From positions 1 through 40,978 of the forward strand of contig JBBSCP010000001.1 of the NCBI GenBank assembly GCA_038250135.1: DNA of 40,978 nt, given 5' to 3'. Source of the DNA: Acetobacterales bacterium (GTDB lineage Bacteria; Pseudomonadota; Alphaproteobacteria; Acetobacterales; Acetobacteraceae). Below the pieces are notes generated by a model, which was not told where the DNA came from, searched no databases, and saw only the letters and a list, made by a program, of their open reading frames with translations. Of this stretch, positions 36,879 to 40,978 are shown piece by piece; positions within the stretch are counted from its first letter, which is position 1; every line of letters starts with the position of its first letter. A program made the position numbers and the translations under genes.

Positions 36879-37781
36879 ATGGCGACACGACGACTGTTCC
36901 TGAAGACGCTCGGCGGGCTCACCGTGATCGGCGCCGCGGCCGGCGCCTATGGCTTCTGGTTCGAGCCCGCCCATCGGCTTTCCATCACCGAATACCGCCC
37001 GCGCCTGCCGCTGTGGCCCGCGAGCACGCCGATCACCATCGCCGCACTCGCCGATATCCACGCGAACGACCCCTATATGCCACTGGAGCGCCTCGCGCAG
37101 ATCGTCGAGACGACGAATGCGCTCAATCCCGATCTTGTCGTGCTGCTCGGCGATTACCCAGGCACGGGGCGCCTGATCAGCCGTGCGATTCCGGTGGCGG
37201 AGACAGCGCAGGTGCTCAAGGGACTGCGCGCGCGGCACGGCGTGCACTCGGTGCTCGGCAATCATGATTGGTGGGACGATGTGCAGGTGCAGCGCTCCCG
37301 CCGCGGCGTACCCCGCATCGCGCGCACGCTGGCCGATGCGGGCCTCTCCGTGCTGCACAACGCCGCGACCAAGACCGGCTTTCGTGGCCAGGGCTTCTGG
37401 GTGGCCGGCTGCGGCAGCCTCTGGGCGTTCAACGAGGGCGGCGGCAAGTTTCTCGGCGCGAACAACCTGGAGCGCACGCTCGGCGCCGTGCAGGACCGCG
37501 ACCCGGTGATCCTGCTCTGCCACGAGCCGGACATCTTCCCCACCGTGCCGCGCGACCGGGTGGCGCTGACCATCTGCGGCCACACGCATGGCGGGCAGGT
37601 GCGGCTGTTCGGCTGGTCGCCGATCGTGCCCTCGGCCTACGGGAATCGTTACGCCTATGGCCATATCGAGGAAGACGGCAAGCACCTGATCGTCTCTGGC
37701 GGGCTCGGCACGGCGATCCTGCCGGTGCGCTTCGGCGTGCCGCCCGAGATCACGCTGATCCGGCTTGGTGGCGTGGCGTAG
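36879..37781 (+). CDS. Metallophosphoesterase (YkuE/YaeI-like) with Tat leader (300 aa)
   Basis: Leader MATRRLFLK; motifs ADIH, LGDY, GNHD, CHEPD and GHTHGGQ. Confidence 0.9.
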   Translation: MATRRLFLKTLGGLTVIGAAAGAYGFWFEPAHRLSITEYRPRLPLWPASTPITIAALADIHANDPYMPLERLAQIVETTNALNPDLVVLLGDYPGTGRLISRAIPVAETAQVLKGLRARHGVHSVLGNHDWWDDVQVQRSRRGVPRIARTLADAGLSVLHNAATKTGFRGQGFWVAGCGSLWAFNEGGGKFLGANNLERTLGAVQDRDPVILLCHEPDIFPTVPRDRVALTICGHTHGGQVRLFGWSPIVPSAYGNRYAYGHIEEDGKHLIVSGGLGTAILPVRFGVPPEITLIRLGGVA

Positions 37782-37876
37782 CGCAGGCCCTTGCGACGTC
37801 GGCCACGATGCCGTCAACCTGCCGGGCGCTGCAGCGCGGTGATCCGCCCATGCGCCAAAGGGCTGCGCAGGAAGGC

Positions 37877-38914
37877 ATGCAAGACCAGCCCACGCCCCTT
37901 CTGCTCACGCCCTATGCGCTGCGTGGCGTCAACTTGCGCAATCGGATTGTCGTTTCGCCGATGTCGCAATACGGCTCGGAGCCGGGAGGAATCGTCGGCG
38001 ACTGGCACCTGGTGCATCTGGGCAAATTCGCGCTCGGCGGCGCGGGCATGGTGTTCTGCGAGGAAACCTCGGTCTCCGAACGCTCCCGCAAGACCTATGA
38101 TTGCCCCGGCATCTATACCGACGCGCAGGCCAAGGCGTGGCAGCGCGTCACGGATTTCCTGCGCGCCAATGGCGCCGTGCCCGCGATGCAGATCGGCCAT
38201 GCCGGCCGCAAGGTCGCCACGCGCGCACCCTGGGATGGCTTCGCCCCACTCGGGCCGGAGGATGCCGCGAAAGGCCGCCCGCCCTGGTCCGGCCTTGCCC
38301 CCAGCCCGATCCCCTTCAAGGCAGGCGCATTGCTGCCGAAGGAGATGGATGCGGATGACATTCGCGACGTGACCGGCCTGCATGTGGAGGCCGCAAAGCG
38401 CACGCTCGATGCCGGCTTCGACGTGCTCGAAGTGCATGCCGCGCATGGCTACATCATCCAGCAATTCCTCTCGCCGGCGACGAACCAGCGCCGCGACGGC
38501 TATGGCGGCGACCGCGAAGGGCGCATGCGCGCCTGCGCTGCCTTGACCTCGTTTGCGTCGCTCGGCGCGGGCGCTGCGGCTGCGGACCTCGCGGCGGGGC
38601 AGCGTGCAGGGTTTGGGGAAATCGCCAGCATCAGGCGACCTGCCGGGAAGCAATGCGGGCGATGCTCCGGCGGGCATCCGCGAGCCGTCGCGGAGAGCAG
38701 GGTCGCAACCCGATGGGATGAAGGCGGCTGCCTGGCATCTGGCGCTCCAGTTCCGTTCAGGGATGAGCGGTCGTACCCACGGCGCGGCGCCACGTGCTGT
38801 GCGCTGAGTCACATCCCGAGTGAGCAGGGCCATCCTAGGGTGCGCTTCCCAACCGAAGCGGAGAGCCCACCATGCCAAGCAGCAACCCAAGCCGAGCCGA
38901 GCTCGAACGCTTGA
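37877..38914 (+). pseudogene. Truncated NADH:flavin oxidoreductase (old yellow enzyme, YqjM/NamA-like)
   Basis: Motifs RNRIVVSPMSQY, QIGHAGRK, GFDVLEVHAAHGY and FLSPATNQRRDGYGG. Homology stops at GRMR (~38530, ~218 codons); the remainder to the stop at 38914 has no recognisable OYE motifs. Confidence 0.8.
38798..38813 (+). promoter_or_regulatory. CRP-type binding site in class II promoter position
   Basis: TGTGC-GCTGAG-TCACA (9/10 match to TGTGA-N6-TCACA). A candidate -10 TAGGGT at 38836-38841 places the site centre near -42. Confidence 0.6.
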
Positions 38915-39033
38915 TGGAAGCAGCCCGCGATGCGCGCAGCGCTGCCCTCTACGCACGCATCATCGCCCTGTGGGCGGGCATGCGCCGCCTTGTGCGCATG
39001 CCCACCGCGGTCCGGCCGGCGCGTACAGCTTGA
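38872..39033 (+). CDS. Small protein (53 aa), not in the ORF track; resembles RSP_7527-type small proteins
   Basis: GGAGAG RBS; MPSSNPSRAELERLMEAARDARSAALYARIIALWAGMRRLVRMPTAVRPARTA; amphipathic helix; lies between the CRP box and the Crp gene. Confidence 0.6.
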   Translation: MPSSNPSRAELERLMEAARDARSAALYARIIALWAGMRRLVRMPTAVRPARTA

Positions 39034-39092
39034 GACAAGATGGCGCCGCCGTGGCACAGTGGGATGCGGATTTGCTTGAAGAGCCCTGCACC

Positions 39093-39782
39093 ATGGATGA
39101 CCTGTCGCGCCTGGCCTTCTTCCGCCCCTTTCCGGGGTCGGTCCTTGCACCACTCGCGGCCGTCGCGCGCTGGCGCGGCTTCGATGCGGGCCAGGTCGTT
39201 CTGCAGGCGGGAGACCCGGCGCGCGACGTCTTCTTCATCGCCTCTGGCGAAGTGCGGATCAGCATCGGCAGCAGCGGCGGGCACGAGATCATCCTGACCG
39301 ATCTCGGCCCCGATCACTCCTTCGGCGAGATTTCGGTGGTGGACGGCGGACCGCGCTCGGCCGGGGTGGTGGCGCTCACCCGCTGCCGCATCTGCATGAT
39401 CGCCGCCGAGCCCTTCATGGCCTTTGCGCTCTCAACGCCAAAGGCCTCGCGGCACGTGATGCGGTTGTTGGCCGGGCTGGTGCGAGACAAGGATGCGCGA
39501 CTGTTGGAACTCACCGTGCTGCCGGTCAGGCCGCGGCTGATTTGCCTGCTGCTGCGCATGGCGCGGCCGCACGACGCAGGCGGGCTCGTGGTCTCGCCGC
39601 CACGCCCGCATCACGAACTGGCGGCGCGCGTGGGAACAGGGCGCGAAGTCGTCTCACGCACACTCAGCGCCTTGCAGCGAGACGGGCTTGTGACGCCCGA
39701 GCGTGGCGGCCTTTTGCTGCCCGAGCCGAAGAAGCTCAAGGCCGAAGTGGAAGCGAGCTATCGCGCAGCGAGGGTAGTCTGA
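39093..39782 (+). CDS. Crp/Fnr family transcriptional regulator (229 aa)
   Basis: cNMP-binding cassette FGEISVVDGGPRSA; HTH ELAARVGTGREVVSRTL; no N-terminal FNR Cys cluster. Confidence 0.9.
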   Translation: MDDLSRLAFFRPFPGSVLAPLAAVARWRGFDAGQVVLQAGDPARDVFFIASGEVRISIGSSGGHEIILTDLGPDHSFGEISVVDGGPRSAGVVALTRCRICMIAAEPFMAFALSTPKASRHVMRLLAGLVRDKDARLLELTVLPVRPRLICLLLRMARPHDAGGLVVSPPRPHHELAARVGTGREVVSRTLSALQRDGLVTPERGGLLLPEPKKLKAEVEASYRAARVV

Positions 39783-40075
39783 GGCTCGCAGCGCGCCCGA
39801 CATCATCGTCCTTGGGAATCGTGACCGATGTGCGGGGACGCCGCCCCGGCACCGATGCCTTCAACCGCCGCTTGAGGGCTTCAGGCGGGGCATGGCATGG
39901 TCAACCCCTTCACCACAGCGGTCCCCGCTCGCGGGTAGGCCGCGCCGGGTGCATGCAGGCGGCGAGGTCGATGAACCGCTCCAACGCCCGTCGCGCTTCG
40001 CCTCGGGACGCTGGGCGTGCCATACGGGCGACCGACACGGCGGCTCGCCCTTGAGTCCCTGAGGAGGACAAAAGC

Positions 40076-40570
40076 ATGTTTTCGGTGGGGCAGAGGGTCT
40101 GGCATCGCGACGGCAAGCGCAGCGGCAAGGTGTTGGACTGCGAGGGGGACCGGGTCTTCATCGAGCAGGACAATGGCGCCGAGCTGGACTTTCCGGCGAG
40201 CCAATTGACCGCGACTCCGCCCGCCTCCGCGAGGATGCCCGGCGCCGGACCGAAGGACGGCAGCCCGACGGCCAGGGAGGCGGGCTATGTCATGCCGAAT
40301 CGCACCCTGATTGCTGCCGACATCACGCCAGAACACGCCCGGGTGCTCGGCATCGTCCCGGTGCGCACGGTCCAGGCGGTCGCAGCCCTCTACGAGCGCA
40401 AGCCCGGGGCTCGGAAGTTCACCGCGCTCGACGTGGCCGGAAAGCTGAATGTCGTCGCAGACATCACCGCCGTGCCCTACCGGACGATGCGCGAATACTC
40501 CGACCGCCCCGGCGAGCTCGGCCTGCTGATGGGCAAGGGCCTCGCGGATAGTCAGAAGGCCGGCCGTTAG
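40076..40570 (+). CDS. Hypothetical protein with SH3/Tudor-like N-terminus
   Basis: Strong GAGGAGG RBS; N-terminal FSVGQRVWHRDGKRSGKVLDCEGDRVFIEQDNG, Pro/Ala linker and a helical C-terminal region. Confidence 0.75.
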   Translation: MFSVGQRVWHRDGKRSGKVLDCEGDRVFIEQDNGAELDFPASQLTATPPASARMPGAGPKDGSPTAREAGYVMPNRTLIAADITPEHARVLGIVPVRTVQAVAALYERKPGARKFTALDVAGKLNVVADITAVPYRTMREYSDRPGELGLLMGKGLADSQKAGR

Positions 40571-40761
40571 CGCAGGCCGGGCCGCAAGACGGTGGTGACG
40601 CCGGTCGTCCAGGACGGAACGCTGGCGGCTCCCACGAAGTCGGACCCCGCGCCGGTCGGGGCGCTACAGCCCTGTCCGGTCCATCGCGGTGATCGGATTT
40701 CGTGCCGTGAATGCCGGACCGCCCGCGCTGCATGACATCCCGCGCTCGATGACCTATTAAA

Positions 40762-40803
40762 TCAGGGCACGATCTGCGTTCATTTGAACGCATCGCAACC
40801 TGA
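40762..40803. repeat. Palindromic hairpin, possible degenerate half-copy of the 32869 element
   Basis: TCAGG-GCACGATC-TGCGTTCA-TT-TGAACGCA-TCGCAA-CCTGA; shares GCACGATC with the left arm at 32873. Confidence 0.45.
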
Positions 40804-40978
40804 AGTGGCGCAGGCGGCTTGCCAGGACAATGCGTCAGGGGCTGCGAGCCGAGGGCTGGCCAGACTCAGCGCTGACCATTCATGCGACTGTCAACGTCGT
40901 GGCCTTGTTGCGAATGCCGCACTGCCGCAGGTTTTGCCAGGGTTGAGACGAAGGACGACCAGCCGCGATGTCAGAACT

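Noticed and set aside
37268-38914. 548-aa ORF as an intact flavin oxidoreductase
   Set aside because: The 5' part is an alternative frame of the phosphoesterase gene and the 3' part after ~38530 lacks OYE motifs.
39783-40075. Small minus-strand ORFs between crp and the hypothetical gene
   Set aside because: No convincing RBS or motif; cannot be supported from sequence alone.

Overview
High-GC alphaproteobacterial chromosomal DNA; gene content and style suggest Acetobacteraceae/Roseomonas-like (inference). No rRNA, tRNA, CRISPR array or transposase is visible. Contents, left to right: (1) the 5' 7.85 kb of a giant minus-strand surface protein that the ORF track misses because its stop lies outside the window, with about 11 isopeptide-type DUF11/D2 domains followed by at least 6 SdrD-B-like repeats; (2) a phosphorus-scavenging cluster with Pho-box-like sites: 2-aminoethylphosphonate-type ABC transporter, phytase-like esterase, phnD-phnE-phnE without phnC, and a TTC38-like protein; (3) a signal-peptide-less CBM2/Calx-beta/GH5 cellulase whose catalytic barrel appears inserted inside a Calx-beta domain; (4) a decayed MlrC/M81 peptidase, an orphan TAXI binding protein and a YpfJ-type peptidase; (5) small-molecule enzymes (racemase-like, TauD-like, M20, SDR, ketopantoate-reductase-like), three of which lack canonical catalytic residues; (6) two DMT transporters, a GGCT, a lactate-permease-like protein, and a TRAP operon with a 107-bp double-hairpin element, coupled to alkA; (7) an inverted-domain NewPHL-type photolyase, a Tat metallophosphoesterase and a truncated old-yellow-enzyme gene; (8) a CRP-type box, an unannotated 53-aa ORF and a Crp-family regulator; (9) a hypothetical protein. 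Best candidates for undescribed biology: the CRP box/small protein/Crp module, the TTC38-like protein inside an organophosphorus operon, and the split-Calx-beta cellulase. All family calls come from motif recognition by eye, not database searches.
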